A stretch of DNA of 62,856 bases, taken from an uncultured Verrucomicrobia subdivision 3 bacterium (GTDB lineage Bacteria > Verrucomicrobiota > Verrucomicrobiia > Limisphaerales > UBA11358). A program made the translations under genes and the position numbers. Of the stretch, positions 29,501 through 38,905 are shown in pieces. Below the pieces are notes generated by a model, which was given only the letters and a program-made list of their open reading frames with translations, had not been told where the DNA came from and made no database searches. The stretch is from contig CAIJGS010000329.1 of assembly GCA_903820285.1 (NCBI GenBank), positions 1-62,856 of the forward strand, in the 5' to 3' direction. Within the stretch, counting starts at the first letter, position 1, and every line of letters starts with the position of its first letter.

Positions 29501-29832
29501 CGCGGTCCAAAAAAGCTGTTATTGGTCGTGTCCACACTGATCTGGCTGGGCGTGCCCGCGCCGATCTTGGAAACCACGATGGAGAAATTGGTATGCACCC
29601 CCAAACTAAACGAATTCAAACCGGCGGTGAGCGCGCCAAAGTCGTTACTGACGGTATTGTTGTCAAAGTACACCTTAACGTCGGTGGCAGTCTCGTTTAA
29701 GATGTACTGAATCGTTCCGGAGTTATTCGTAATGCCAGACGCGTACGGCGTGGCGTGAACCATTATGGGCGCCAGCAAAAAAGCCAGCCCGGCTCCCAGC
29801 AAATAAATAATGCGACTGCCTTCAGTTTTCAT
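26599..29832 (-). CDS. Large secreted Thr/Gly/Asn-rich multidomain protein (beta-propeller, Calx-beta-like, lectin-like)
   Basis: Signal peptide; PRGVAVN, LAVAPDG, VAVSPDD propeller blades; SGTA..G.Y and GTAVSGVDF Calx-like motifs; ends QFYRILQN. Confidence 0.8.
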   Translation of the reverse strand: MKTEGSRIIYLLGAGLAFLLAPIMVHATPYASGITNNSGTIQYILNETATDVKVYFDNNTVSNDFGALTAGLNSFSLGVHTNFSIVVSKIGAGTPSQISVDTTNNSFFGPRGVAVNTNPKTQNFGRIYVVNSSAGTGTAPARAVGRGIYVMNADTSDALGRFGTASLGGATLGSSTTYSLYKTYVGPDDMVYAGDATGGYTGTPGGASVWMFDPNINTATAVLQWSGTTVTTFGGTLSTPVVTGSLAAGNLNLYCVEWGFGTNLGSAGAMYCDILGYNVGGTLPCTAAPTTNAPVGGTGIATVDGIVGDLAVAPDGKFFATQNRSSATGGNDGFWVYASDGVTYLWDGLTAWGGSQSPASGTDPFSGIYGVAVSPDDKYCAVIHGSDSAYLLMKLTNGVPDISTLTTNVTGLSGTGRSVAFDAADNVYIISGGLDRLRAYSLGLTTTATTSNDKTGTNGTFSLVVPPTTVSVAATSNLASPTGPTPGVFQLTRAGQNLTAPLTVTFAFSGTASNGLYTCSPAGITPFATNTITFAANQTTTNITITAVNDGVSRPTTTVVLTLKGGAGYTTTIPYQDTVAVQNVGPQKLIISSAVVSSMYNAFSNSYAAFTVTRWGDTNAAAYTVSSFTTAGTAVSGVDFTAPAAITFNPGDLVYTNFVYPLRNGQLPVDSTTNAFVGNKTIVVGVSAASGYTVATNTVALTVLDSAYPTATVLFADPLTDPADAANWGVTSANNNMQTNAIDNTITFGYDLQIGDPGDYGPIPLPPSGATTALRVTVNKTASQGSGAGAAVNLYPTNVTFSGNYSVRFNMNLIEGYNASYTTEGAMFGVNHSGQATNWWAGSALLSGWGAANTNVWESDGVWYWISADGGASAGDYLGYTGAGGKLPNTGWQSIGAKKAASFTDAFPTNIFTTTSGPGLVANGSYFNSITANNWSDVEIKQFKGVVTLLIDKTPILAYTNATTFTNGTIMLGYEDPFSSVGTLDSAVYFSNLRVVAIGAPVITQIAINKSNSTSVINFSTVDGDLTASSFTLQSAATVTGPYTAASGATITSLSGGGFQAVVPQSGSAQFYRILQN

Positions 29833-29892
29833 TGATTAATCCTTCTGTCCTTGTTTGGGCTTGAAACGGTATTGTTTCAGCCCGGCTAAAAG

Positions 29893-29911
29893 CGTGTTGC
29901 GTGGCAACACG
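29893..29911. promoter_or_regulatory. Palindromic putative operator
   Basis: CGTGTTGC-gtg-GCAACACG, 61 nt upstream of the start at 29832. Confidence 0.45.
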
Positions 29912-30008
29912 TCCAAAGCATGTCTACGCTTTTACGCCTGTTGTTAAATCTTTGCAACAAAAATCTAATTCCCTGGTTAAGATTTTTCATGCTCGCGCCA
30001 TATGATTT

Positions 30009-31343
30009 TCAAACCGCCAGCCGGTGCAGACACCTGGTTAACATGGTCATAAGCTGCTCGATGTCGGCCCCCGTCACGCTCAGGTTGGGTCGCAGCCGGA
30101 TGCTGCGCACGCCCGCGCCGAGCAGCAGCAGTCCCTCCGACTTCAGCGCCATTTCCTCCAGCTGATTTTTCATCTCCGGCTCGCGCAGGGAAAACCCCTG
30201 ATACAGGCCCTGGCCGCGCACATTGAAGATCAATCCGTCAAACTTTTCCTCCAGCACCTGCAAACCGGCCGCGAGCCGTTCGCCGTTGATTTTGGCGGCG
30301 GTAATCAGGTCTTCGCGCCGCACAATTTTCATTTCCTGCACAAACCTCACCATGTCCGCCAGTGAGCCGCCCCAGGTGGAGTCCAGGACGCCCTTGTCTT
30401 CCATGGACTGCCGCATGTACACCGCGCCACAACCGAATTTCTTTGCCACCGCCACGGCATCCGGCGGATAGGGCAGGTTCAGCTGATCCACCATGAACAC
30501 GTCGCCCGTCGGTCCGCCCGCCGTCTGCACCTCATCGAACCCCAGAAAAACGCCGTAATCATGCGCCAGCCGGCTCAGGCCCTGAAAAAACTCCGGCTCC
30601 GCCACGCGATGCCCGCCCGCGCCCTGAATCGGTTCCACAATGATGCCCACCACCTCCCCGGCATAGCGTTTCAGCATGGCTTCCACCGTCTGCAACACTT
30701 CTTCCGTGCGCGCCCGGTTTTCCGCGGCCGGACCCGAGGTGTTGAGGTCCGGAAACGGCACCTGGATGTTCGCCGGGATCAGCCCGTGAAAATCCTTCGT
30801 CGCCACCGGATCAAGGGTTTGCGTGACGTTCAGCGCAAAAATCGTCCGCCCGTGAAACGCCTTTTGAAAATAGATGAACCGGCACCGTTCGCCCGACTGC
30901 ATCCGCCGCGCCCCGCTCTGGTGATGCAGGTTGATGAAATATTTCATCATGTTTTCAATGGCTTCCGCGCCGGAATTCACCGCATAGACCTCCAGTTGCG
31001 GATTGCGCATGCAGCGCGGTGCCAGCCGTTGCAGCAGCCGGTAATATTCCAGACATTCCATCGTCAGAAAATCCGGGTTCGCCACCTTGTTGTTCGCCGC
31101 GCGGGCGAGCCGCTTCAAATAATCCGGCTCATACATGCCCGGATGGTTATGCCCGAGCAGCTTGGACGCGTAGTAGCCCGCCCAGTCGAAGATTTTCTGG
31201 CCATCCACGGTCGTCAGCCACATGCCCTCGCAGCGCTCCAGATCCACCACCACGGACTGCACATCGGCGATCACATAGTGCGACAGCTCATCAATCATGG
31301 CCGCGCCCCGCGGTCCCGGTATTGCTCCCATTTCAGTTTGCAT
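30009..31343 (-). CDS. lat: Class-III PLP aminotransferase, L-lysine 6-transaminase-like
   Basis: NSGAEAIEN, AFHGRT, EPIQGAGG, FDEVQT, AVAKK, DSTWGGSLADMVR. Confidence 0.75.
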   Translation of the reverse strand: MQTEMGAIPGPRGAAMIDELSHYVIADVQSVVVDLERCEGMWLTTVDGQKIFDWAGYYASKLLGHNHPGMYEPDYLKRLARAANNKVANPDFLTMECLEYYRLLQRLAPRCMRNPQLEVYAVNSGAEAIENMMKYFINLHHQSGARRMQSGERCRFIYFQKAFHGRTIFALNVTQTLDPVATKDFHGLIPANIQVPFPDLNTSGPAAENRARTEEVLQTVEAMLKRYAGEVVGIIVEPIQGAGGHRVAEPEFFQGLSRLAHDYGVFLGFDEVQTAGGPTGDVFMVDQLNLPYPPDAVAVAKKFGCGAVYMRQSMEDKGVLDSTWGGSLADMVRFVQEMKIVRREDLITAAKINGERLAAGLQVLEEKFDGLIFNVRGQGLYQGFSLREPEMKNQLEEMALKSEGLLLLGAGVRSIRLRPNLSVTGADIEQLMTMLTRCLHRLAV

Positions 31344-31349
31344 AAGTCC

Positions 31350-32525
31350 CTATTCCGGACGCTTCAGCGCGCCCGCCACCTTCGTGAAATCAAAATCCGT
31401 CACCGCCTCCGCCGCCAGCGTGCCCAGCCGGTGCCGCAGCGCAATCACGCTGCCCGCCTCTGTCGGATGATTGCGGTTCGACAGAAAGATCACGAACGTC
31501 CGCGAGTACGGATCAATCCACAGCGACCCGCCGGTCCAGCCGGTGTGACCGTATGAGCCCAGCGGAAAAATGTCCCCGCGCGGCCCGCTGAAAGCAGAGC
31601 CAATATCCCAGCCCAGCCCGCGCCAGGCGCTGATTCCCGGCGGCGTCTGCACGCGCGTCATCAGGCGGACCGTCTCCGGCTTAAACAATCGCACGCCATC
31701 CAGCTCGCCCAGATTCACCAGCATTCGCGCATACCGCGCCACATCCGGTGCCGTCGTAAACAGCCCGGCGTGCCCTGCCACGCCGCCCATGTGCCGCGCC
31801 GTGGGGTCATGCACCACGCCGCGCCACGGCTTGCCCGCCACCACTTCCGTGGGCGCGATGCGCGGGATTTTTTCCGGTGACGGCAGGTAGCCCGTGTCCG
31901 TCATTTTCAGCGGGCCATAAATCTCTCGCTGCACAAACACTTCCAGCGGCGTATGACTCACGCGCTGGACAATTTCGCCCAGCAAAAAGAAATTGATGTC
32001 GCTGTATTTGAAGACGGTCCCTGGTTTGGATTGCAAACTGGCCGCGCAGGCCTTGCGAATCGCCTCGGCCTGACCATGCCAGTCGCTCTTCGTCTCGATG
32101 TCCGGCGGCAGTCCGGAGGTGTGTGTCAGCAATTCCCGCACCGTCACCACCTCCTTGCCCCCGCCGCTGAATTCCGGAATATACGTCTGCACCGGCGCAT
32201 CCAGCATCACCAACCCGCGTTCCACCAGCAGCATCACCGCCGGCGTGGTGGCAACGACTTTCGTCAACGATGCCGCATCGAAAAGAGTATCTTCCGTCAT
32301 CACCTCGCACGCCGGCACCAAGGCACGGCTGCCAAAGGCTTTGTGATACGCGGTGCCGTTGTGCTCCAGCCACAGCACGCCGCCGGGGCATTTGCCGTCG
32401 GCGATGGCATTGGTGATCGCCACATCCATCGCCGCCAGCTTATCCGCCCGGAACACCTCCGCCCGCAGCGGCGACACCGTGTAGAACAGTGATAACAGCC
32501 AGACCAACAACATCCCCGCACGCAT
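31350..32525 (-). CDS. Secreted beta-lactamase-fold serine hydrolase (AmiE/YbbE-like)
   Basis: SLTK, YSD, LLTHTSG, GVVHDPTA, GHTGWTG. Confidence 0.9.
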   Translation of the reverse strand: MRAGMLLVWLLSLFYTVSPLRAEVFRADKLAAMDVAITNAIADGKCPGGVLWLEHNGTAYHKAFGSRALVPACEVMTEDTLFDAASLTKVVATTPAVMLLVERGLVMLDAPVQTYIPEFSGGGKEVVTVRELLTHTSGLPPDIETKSDWHGQAEAIRKACAASLQSKPGTVFKYSDINFFLLGEIVQRVSHTPLEVFVQREIYGPLKMTDTGYLPSPEKIPRIAPTEVVAGKPWRGVVHDPTARHMGGVAGHAGLFTTAPDVARYARMLVNLGELDGVRLFKPETVRLMTRVQTPPGISAWRGLGWDIGSAFSGPRGDIFPLGSYGHTGWTGGSLWIDPYSRTFVIFLSNRNHPTEAGSVIALRHRLGTLAAEAVTDFDFTKVAGALKRPE

Positions 32526-32540
32526 AAATTATTCAGTTAA

Positions 32541-32652
32541 ACCACGAATGAACACCCATCAACACCAATGGGAACGGCAAAAAAAAGGTCAAGAAGTGAA
32601 CCCATTATCCGCATCGGAAAAAATTCGTGTTTATTCGTGTCCATTAGTGGTT
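32541..32652. repeat. Inverted pair of ACCACGAATRAACAC-type repeats
   Basis: ACCACGAATGAACACCCATCAACACCAAT ... ATTCGTGTTTATTCGTGTCCATTAGTGGTT; also at 37538/37977 and 47281. Confidence 0.7.
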
Positions 32653-32667
32653 GCTCCCGGGTTTCCT

Positions 32668-33975
32668 TCATTTATAAAGCAAATACGGCTGGCGCAGCGC
32701 CGCAAATTCTTTTAAGCCCGGCGCAAAGTCCGCCACCATCTTTTCCGCCGGCTCGCCGCGCTCCAGCGCCTCGCGCACGCTGGCCGTGCCCATCACCTTG
32801 TCAAAGTACTCCGCGTGCAATTCCAGCTGGCTGCCGTACAGCTCCTTGATCACCGCCAGCTCCGCCAGCACGGTGGTTATTGATTGATAGGCATTCCGAT
32901 CCGTCACGTGCAACTGGCAGCCGCCGCACAGTTTCCCGGAAAATTTTGAGAACGACGGCGTGAACCAGACCTCGCGATATTTTACGCCCGGCAGATGCAA
33001 ATCATTCAGTTTTTTCGCCAGCACATGACCATCAATCCAGGGCGCGCCAAAAAATTCAAACGGCCGCGTCGTGCCCCGCCCCTCTGAAAGATTCGAGCCT
33101 TCCAGCAGCACCTGCCCCGGATACACCGTCGCACTCTCCGGCGTGGGCAGATTGGGCGAGGGCATCACCCACGGCAGCCCGGTTTCATCAAACCATTCGT
33201 CGCGCGTCCAGTTTTCCATCGGTACCACGGTGAGCTTCACTTTGTGCTTCAGAAATTTTTCGTTGAAGAGCTGCGCCAGTTCGCCCGCCGTCATGCCATG
33301 CCGTAATGGAATCGGATACAGGCCGATGAAGGAACTGTGGGAGGGATATTCCAGGATCGGCCCCTCCATCACCGCACCGTTCACCGGATTCGGCCGGTCC
33401 AGCACGATGAACGGAATATTCGACTCCGCCGCCGCCTGCATCGCATACGCCATGGTGGCGATGTACGTGTACACCCGCGTGCCGACATCCTGCAGATCAA
33501 ACACCATCACATCCACCGACGACAGCATGCCCGGTTCCACCTGCTTGCCGGTGTGCTGGGTGTCGAACGTACGCATGTATTCATCAATGTTCGTCAGCAT
33601 GTCCGGCGGCGGCTTGTGCGACTGCCCATAGAGACTGAACACCGGCAGTTTTAACTGTTCATCATAATAAAACGGCACATACTCGCCCGCCTGCGCATTG
33701 CCGCGCACACCGTGTTCCGGTCCGTACAGCGCCACCAGTTTCACCCCCGGCTCGTTGCGAAACCGGTCGATAATGCTGTCCAGGTGGCTGTCCAGCCCCG
33801 TGGGATTGGTGATCAGCCCCACGTGTTTGCCCCGGATCAGGTCCAGGTGTTTTTCAAACAGGACTTCCACGCCGAGTTTCACCGGCGGACGCGAGGCAGT
33901 TGAGGAGGAGGATTGTGACATGCTCAGATAGGGGGCCAGCCCGAGCGCGAGCATGCAGAAAAATAAATTCCGCAT
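32668..33975 (-). CDS. namZ: Exo-beta-N-acetylmuramidase NamZ (DUF1343)
   Basis: GLITNPTG, PEHGVRG, DLQDVGTRVYTY, LDRPNP, RHGMTAGELA, PSPN, SEGRGT. Confidence 0.9.
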   Translation of the reverse strand: MRNLFFCMLALGLAPYLSMSQSSSSTASRPPVKLGVEVLFEKHLDLIRGKHVGLITNPTGLDSHLDSIIDRFRNEPGVKLVALYGPEHGVRGNAQAGEYVPFYYDEQLKLPVFSLYGQSHKPPPDMLTNIDEYMRTFDTQHTGKQVEPGMLSSVDVMVFDLQDVGTRVYTYIATMAYAMQAAAESNIPFIVLDRPNPVNGAVMEGPILEYPSHSSFIGLYPIPLRHGMTAGELAQLFNEKFLKHKVKLTVVPMENWTRDEWFDETGLPWVMPSPNLPTPESATVYPGQVLLEGSNLSEGRGTTRPFEFFGAPWIDGHVLAKKLNDLHLPGVKYREVWFTPSFSKFSGKLCGGCQLHVTDRNAYQSITTVLAELAVIKELYGSQLELHAEYFDKVMGTASVREALERGEPAEKMVADFAPGLKEFAALRQPYLLYK

Positions 33976-34107
33976 CCGCGCCAGGCCGGAACGGACTGGT
34001 TGGACTGATGATTTCACTAAAATTCGAACCTTGTTGCCTACATCACGCGAATTTGCGCGCCCTTTGTCGAGAAAAATATTCACGCATTGTGGCGGCCCCG
34101 TGCCGCC

Positions 34108-34220
34108 GGAGCGCGGCTGTGTGCGCTAGCACCAGCCGCAGCAATGTCCGGACGTCCAAGCCGCGTCGGATTGTTCCATCCGCCCTGTGCAGGTGGAATT
34201 GGTGCGGCTGGTCTTTCGAC
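34108..34220. repeat. REP-like inverted pair
   Basis: GGAGCGCGGCTGTGT..CACCAGCCGCAGC and TGCGGCTGGTC. Confidence 0.45.
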
Positions 34221-34357
34221 ATCGTCCACTAGCGGTCATCCGACCTGCCGTTGAACTGATTCAAGCTTTGGACTGAACAAAAGAACTTCCCCCGCCATTG
34301 ACACTCCCGCCTCGTTTGTTAGCGTGATAGCCTGTTGAGACATTGCAAATCAAAGGC

Positions 34358-35128
34358 ATGAATAACGAAGCGTCACCCGTCATCCAGCTGTGGTCGGCCA
34401 CGGCGGGCGCACGCTTTGATCCCGGCCGCACCGTCGCCACGGACGTGAACTGGACCGTGAACGCCGGCGAGTTCTGGGTGGTGGCCGGCGAACAGCACTC
34501 CGGCAAAAGCGATTTGCTCATGCTCGCCGCCGGGCTGCTCCCGCCCGTGGCCGGCCGCTGCGAAGTATTTGGCCGCGATGCCCGCGAACTGGATGAAACC
34601 CGGATCGCCGAACGGCTCCGCATCGGTTTTGTCTTTGAGGATGGCCGGCTGTTCCACGATCTGACCCTGCTGCAAAATATCGCCCTGCCCCTGCAATATC
34701 ACCGCAATCAGCCCGCCGAGGAGGTCCTGCGCACCTTGGAGCCACTGCTCACCCGCATGGAATTGCTGCCGCTGGTGGAAAAACTGCCGGCCGAATTAAG
34801 CCGCAACTGGTGCAAACGCGCCGGTCTCGCCCGGGCGCTTGCCCTGGAACCGGAAGTGCTCATCCTGGATAATCCTCTCCACGGCCTCGGCGCCACCCAC
34901 CGCCAATGGTGGCTGCGCTTTCTCGATGAAATCGCCCGCGAACGCAACCTCACCGTCATTCTGGCCACCGACGATCTCCGGCCTTGGGCCGGCAACGACC
35001 ACTACCGCTTTGCCCTGCTGCATGAAGGCCTGTTCCTGGCCGCCGGTCATTGGCCGGATTTGTTAAAAAACCACCCGCACCTGGCCCGGACGCTGCTGGC
35101 CGGCGCTGACCGGGAAACAGCCCAATGA
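34358..35128 (+). CDS. MlaF-like ABC ATP-binding protein with degenerate motifs
   Basis: Walker A GEQHSGKS; signature LSRNW; Walker B LILDNP; GFVFE..RLF..LT..QNIALPL. Confidence 0.8.
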   Translation: MNNEASPVIQLWSATAGARFDPGRTVATDVNWTVNAGEFWVVAGEQHSGKSDLLMLAAGLLPPVAGRCEVFGRDARELDETRIAERLRIGFVFEDGRLFHDLTLLQNIALPLQYHRNQPAEEVLRTLEPLLTRMELLPLVEKLPAELSRNWCKRAGLARALALEPEVLILDNPLHGLGATHRQWWLRFLDEIARERNLTVILATDDLRPWAGNDHYRFALLHEGLFLAAGHWPDLLKNHPHLARTLLAGADRETAQ

Positions 35129-35162
35129 TCGCCCAATAATTTTGCCCAATAAAAATTTTCCT

Positions 35163-36428
35163 ATGCCACTGCAAGATCTCACGCCCCAGCTTCGCACCCG
35201 CCTGAACCGCATGGAACGCGCCGTCGGCTGGTTTGTTTCCTTCGCCATGCTGCTGCTGCTGGCCGGCTTTATCACCTACCTCTACCACGCCGCCATCAAC
35301 AAGGGCTGGTTCAAGATCAAGGCCCAGTTTTTTATCTACGTGTCCACCGCCGACGGCATCAGCCTGGGCGACACCGTTTACCTGATGGGTTCCCCCATCG
35401 GCGCCGTCACCCGCGTGGAACCGCCCGAACCCCGCGAAAAACATGGCGTAAAAGTCACCTTTGAAGTGCTGGAGCCCAGCTACCGTTATATCTGGTCGGA
35501 AGGTTCCTATGTGAAAGCCAGTTCCTCCGGCCTGCTCGGCAAACGCGGTCTGGAAGTCACCCGCGGCACCAACGGCTTCGCCCTGTGCAGCGCCCATCCC
35601 GTCGAGCATCTGGCCGTGGATGAAGTCGCCCGCCGCGCGCTCGCCCAGCCGCAACGCTGGCAAATGTTCCAAAATCTCTACGACGCCAACTCCAACCTCG
35701 TTCTCCGCGCCTACGCCCAGCTCGTCACCACCAACCAGGATGGTTCCCTCGACACCAACAATCTCCAGCACCTGATCGAGCAGAAGCACGCCGCCGTTTA
35801 CGTTTACGATAACACCATCAAGCGCCACAGCATCGCCTCCGTCTGGAACCGCGACCAGCAACACTATGAAGAATTCACCGGCGAAGCGGTCCAGTTGCCC
35901 ATTGATGAATCCCCCGCCCTGACCGAACGGCTGGACCAGATCGTCGCCCAAATCCAGACGGCACTGCCCAATATCCTGGCGCTCACCAACCGCATCGCGC
36001 GCATTCTGGACAACACCGCCAACGTGACGTCCAACCTGAACTCCTCCCTCGTCTCCGCCCAGCCCATGATCACGAATTTTGCCGTGCTCAGTGGCAATTT
36101 GCGCCAGCCCGGTGGCCTCGGCGCGTGGGCCCTCGGCACCAACGGGGCCGACCAGCTCAACGTCGTCCTCACCAACACCGGCACCCTGCTCGCCCACACC
36201 GACACCAACCTCGACGCCATCACCGAGGACATCGGCGTTACCCTCATTCACCTCGGCAACATCACCAGCAATCTGGATACGCAGGTCGCCAACAACCCGC
36301 AAGCCATGAGCAACCTCGTCAAAAGCATCGCCGACACCGACGACCTCATCCAGGGCCTGAAACGCCACTGGCTCCTCCGCTCCGCCTTCAAGAAAAAGGC
36401 CACCAACGCCCCGGCGATTAAAAAATAG
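35163..36428 (+). CDS. MlaD/MCE-family protein
   Basis: ERAVGWFV TM, ADGISLGDTVYLMGSPIGAV, SGLLGKR, helical tail, C-terminal HWLLRSAF. Confidence 0.8.
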   Translation: MPLQDLTPQLRTRLNRMERAVGWFVSFAMLLLLAGFITYLYHAAINKGWFKIKAQFFIYVSTADGISLGDTVYLMGSPIGAVTRVEPPEPREKHGVKVTFEVLEPSYRYIWSEGSYVKASSSGLLGKRGLEVTRGTNGFALCSAHPVEHLAVDEVARRALAQPQRWQMFQNLYDANSNLVLRAYAQLVTTNQDGSLDTNNLQHLIEQKHAAVYVYDNTIKRHSIASVWNRDQQHYEEFTGEAVQLPIDESPALTERLDQIVAQIQTALPNILALTNRIARILDNTANVTSNLNSSLVSAQPMITNFAVLSGNLRQPGGLGAWALGTNGADQLNVVLTNTGTLLAHTDTNLDAITEDIGVTLIHLGNITSNLDTQVANNPQAMSNLVKSIADTDDLIQGLKRHWLLRSAFKKKATNAPAIKK

Positions 36429-36466
36429 TTCTGCGGATATTAGACAAGTTGCCGCCGCCCTCCGGT

Positions 36467-36509
36467 CATTGGATGTTGGGCGTTCAATGTTGAGTGTTGG
36501 ATGTTTTCC
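36467..36509 (-). repeat. Heptamer tandem repeat (AACATCC/AACGCCC); copies at 21141, 43646, 45028, 62434
   Basis: CATTGGATGTTGGGCGTTCAATGTTGAGTGTTGGATGTT. Confidence 0.7.
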
Positions 36510-36522
36510 TTTTTATGGAAAA

Positions 36523-37482
36523 TCACTTCCAATAAGGACACCTCACCCACCGCTTCGGTTCCACCTCGATCAGCTCCGGTGCCGCCGCCGAACATTCCGG
36601 CCGGGCCACCGGACAGCGCGGCGCAAACCGGCAGCCCGACGGGAAATTCCCGATGCGTGGCACATTTCCGGGAATGGCCGGCAGCCGCTCCACATTGCCG
36701 CGCAGTTTCGGCACCGAATTCATCAGCGCCCGCGTGTAGGGATGCAGTGGCCGCCGCAAAATTTCCTGCGCCGGTGCCAGCTCCACAATCTGCCCCGCGT
36801 ACATCACCGCCACGCGATCCGCGATGTCGCCCACAATCCCCAGATTGTGCGTGATCAGCAAAATCGCCATGCCCAGCCGCTGCTTCAGGTCGCGCAGCAA
36901 ATCAAGAATCTGCGCCTGAATCGTCACATCCAGCGCCGTCGTCGGTTCATCCGCCACCAGCAGGCGCGGCTCGCTCGCCAGCGCCATGGCAATCATCACC
37001 CGCTGCTGCATGCCGCCGGACATTTCAAAGGGATAATTCCGCAGCCGCGATTCCGGCGCGGGAATGCCAACGAGTTTAAGCAGGCGAATGACCTCCTGAT
37101 CCGACGCCTTTTCCGGCCGGTGCAACTTGAGCGATTCCTTGATTTGCGCGCCCACGCGGAACACCGGATTCAACGACGCGCCCGGTTCCTGAAAAATGTA
37201 GCTCACCACCCCGCCGCGAATGTCCCGCAATTCGCGCGGCGTCATTTTCAGCACGTTGCAGCCATTCAGCAAAATCTCGCCGCCCACGTAGTTCGCCGGC
37301 GGCGACGGCACCAACCGCGCGATGGACTGCGCCGTCACGCTCTTGCCGCAGCCGCTCTCGCCCACCAGGCACAGCGTTTCGCCCGCGCCGATGGTCAGCG
37401 ACACGCCGTCCACCGCCCGCGCCGCCTCGGCCCCGAGACCGAAGTCGAGTTTCAGATTGTTGATTTCCAGCAATGCCGCCAT
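36523..37482 (-). CDS. Oligo/dipeptide ABC transporter ATP-binding subunit (OppD/DppD)
   Basis: [35 protein letters not shown]-terminal Cys motif. Confidence 0.95.
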   Translation of the reverse strand: MAALLEINNLKLDFGLGAEAARAVDGVSLTIGAGETLCLVGESGCGKSVTAQSIARLVPSPPANYVGGEILLNGCNVLKMTPRELRDIRGGVVSYIFQEPGASLNPVFRVGAQIKESLKLHRPEKASDQEVIRLLKLVGIPAPESRLRNYPFEMSGGMQQRVMIAMALASEPRLLVADEPTTALDVTIQAQILDLLRDLKQRLGMAILLITHNLGIVGDIADRVAVMYAGQIVELAPAQEILRRPLHPYTRALMNSVPKLRGNVERLPAIPGNVPRIGNFPSGCRFAPRCPVARPECSAAAPELIEVEPKRWVRCPYWK

Positions 37483-37537
37483 GACGATATCAAATAGACC
37501 GCTGTTAAAATTCCGTCCTTAAAACAACTGCTTTTTT

Positions 37538-37977
37538 ACCACGAATAAACACCAATAAACACGAATCGGTGTACCAGCAAACCGCTTCGCCAACCCAACC
37601 GCCGAAGCACGGCGTTCACGCCGCTTCAACTTACGAACACACACCGACCAATCGAATCACCCCAGCCCCTCGTACGCTGAAGCGACCTGAAGGTCGCGCT
37701 CCATTGACACGCTGCGCCCAAACCCACCGCCAGCTATCCTCCACCCTCAATCTTTGTCCCCCATCTGTATGAACCAATCGCCCGCTCGGCCAGACCAAAA
37801 CGCGGCAACCGTTTCCCCCTCTCCTCGGGGGAGAGGGCCGGGGTGAGGGCGAGCAACCAACTAAATTTTTCCCGCCAGTATCAAACGCTGCGCCAACCCA
37901 CCGCCCGCCATCCGCTCCCGCTTTATCCTCCATCTTCGCTTTTTCTCATTCGTGTTTATTCGTGTTCATTCGTGGTT
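37538..37977. repeat. Composite nested repeat region
   Basis: Inverted ACCACGAAT-type ends enclose a REP pair (37604-37702) and a partial CCCTCACC-family element (37740-37854). Confidence 0.65.
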
Positions 37978-38066
37978 GAAATCTCTTCCCTACGCGCCAA
38001 CCATCGCAAAAAAGCGGCCCGCATGAAAGGGTTTTCCTTTTTGAAATGGTTGGTTATAGTACCCGC

Positions 38067-38621
38067 ATGGGTGCATTAGATCAGCAACTGGACACGTTTT
38101 TGCGCAAACAGCCGAAGCTTGGCAAGGGTGTCTTCATCGCCAAAACCGCCACCGTCATCGGCGATGTCACGCTCGGCGCACACGCCAGCGTCTGGTATGG
38201 CGCGGTGCTGCGCGGCGACATCAACCGCATTGTCATCGGCCACCACTCCAACGTGCAGGACAACGCCGTGCTGCACCTCGCCGACAAGTTCCCATGCATT
38301 CTCGGCAATTGGGTCACCGTCGGCCACAGCGCCGTGGTTCACGCCTGCAAAGTCGGCGATGAATGCCTCGTGGGCATGGGCGCGATCATTCTCGATGGCG
38401 CCGTCATCGGTAAACAATCCATCATCGGCGCCAAAGCCCTCGTCACGTCGGGCACCAAAATTCCGCCCGGCTCCCTCGTGCTTGGTGCCCCCGCCAAAGT
38501 CGTCCGCAAACTGACCAAGGAAGAACGCGCCGGCCTGAAATGGTGGGCGCAGAAATACGTGGATAACGGGGCTTATTGCCTGATGCATGGCATCGGTGTG
38601 GGCGCACCGCTGCCGAGTTAA
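38067..38621 (+). CDS. Gamma carbonic anhydrase family protein (YrdA-like)
   Basis: VLRGDIN, SNVQDNAVLH, TVGHSAVVH, LVLGAPAK. Confidence 0.93.
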   Translation: MGALDQQLDTFLRKQPKLGKGVFIAKTATVIGDVTLGAHASVWYGAVLRGDINRIVIGHHSNVQDNAVLHLADKFPCILGNWVTVGHSAVVHACKVGDECLVGMGAIILDGAVIGKQSIIGAKALVTSGTKIPPGSLVLGAPAKVVRKLTKEERAGLKWWAQKYVDNGAYCLMHGIGVGAPLPS

Positions 38622-38744
38622 AATAGAGCAGGCAATATTTTTCCCGTAGGAGCCGACGTAAGGAGGCTCTAACTTTATTTGTTTCGTTTAAAATTGCCTG
38701 CCTGTAAGCCGGTCAAATACAAGGCAACTGCCGTAAAATCCAAG

Positions 38745-38843
38745 AATCCCAAAGGGATTTCGACCCAAAGCCCTGGGTTGCGAGCCTGCGAGCTACCCAG
38801 GGTTACCGCCCCAAAAAATCCGCCCAACCGCAACTCGGTTGCG
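38745..38843. repeat. Palindromic REP-like element
   Basis: AATCCCAAAGGGATT; CCCTGGGTTGC..GCTACCCAGGG; CAACCG..CGGTTG. Confidence 0.5.
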
Positions 38844-38905
38844 ACCAAGGTAAAGGACCTCTTGTTTACAATACACATCCACTGGATCACACCAAAAACA
38901 CACCC

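Noticed and set aside
31350-32525. Beta-lactam resistance gene
   Set aside because: The context next to namZ and the GVVHDPTA/GHTG motifs fit a cell-wall recycling hydrolase rather than a true beta-lactamase.
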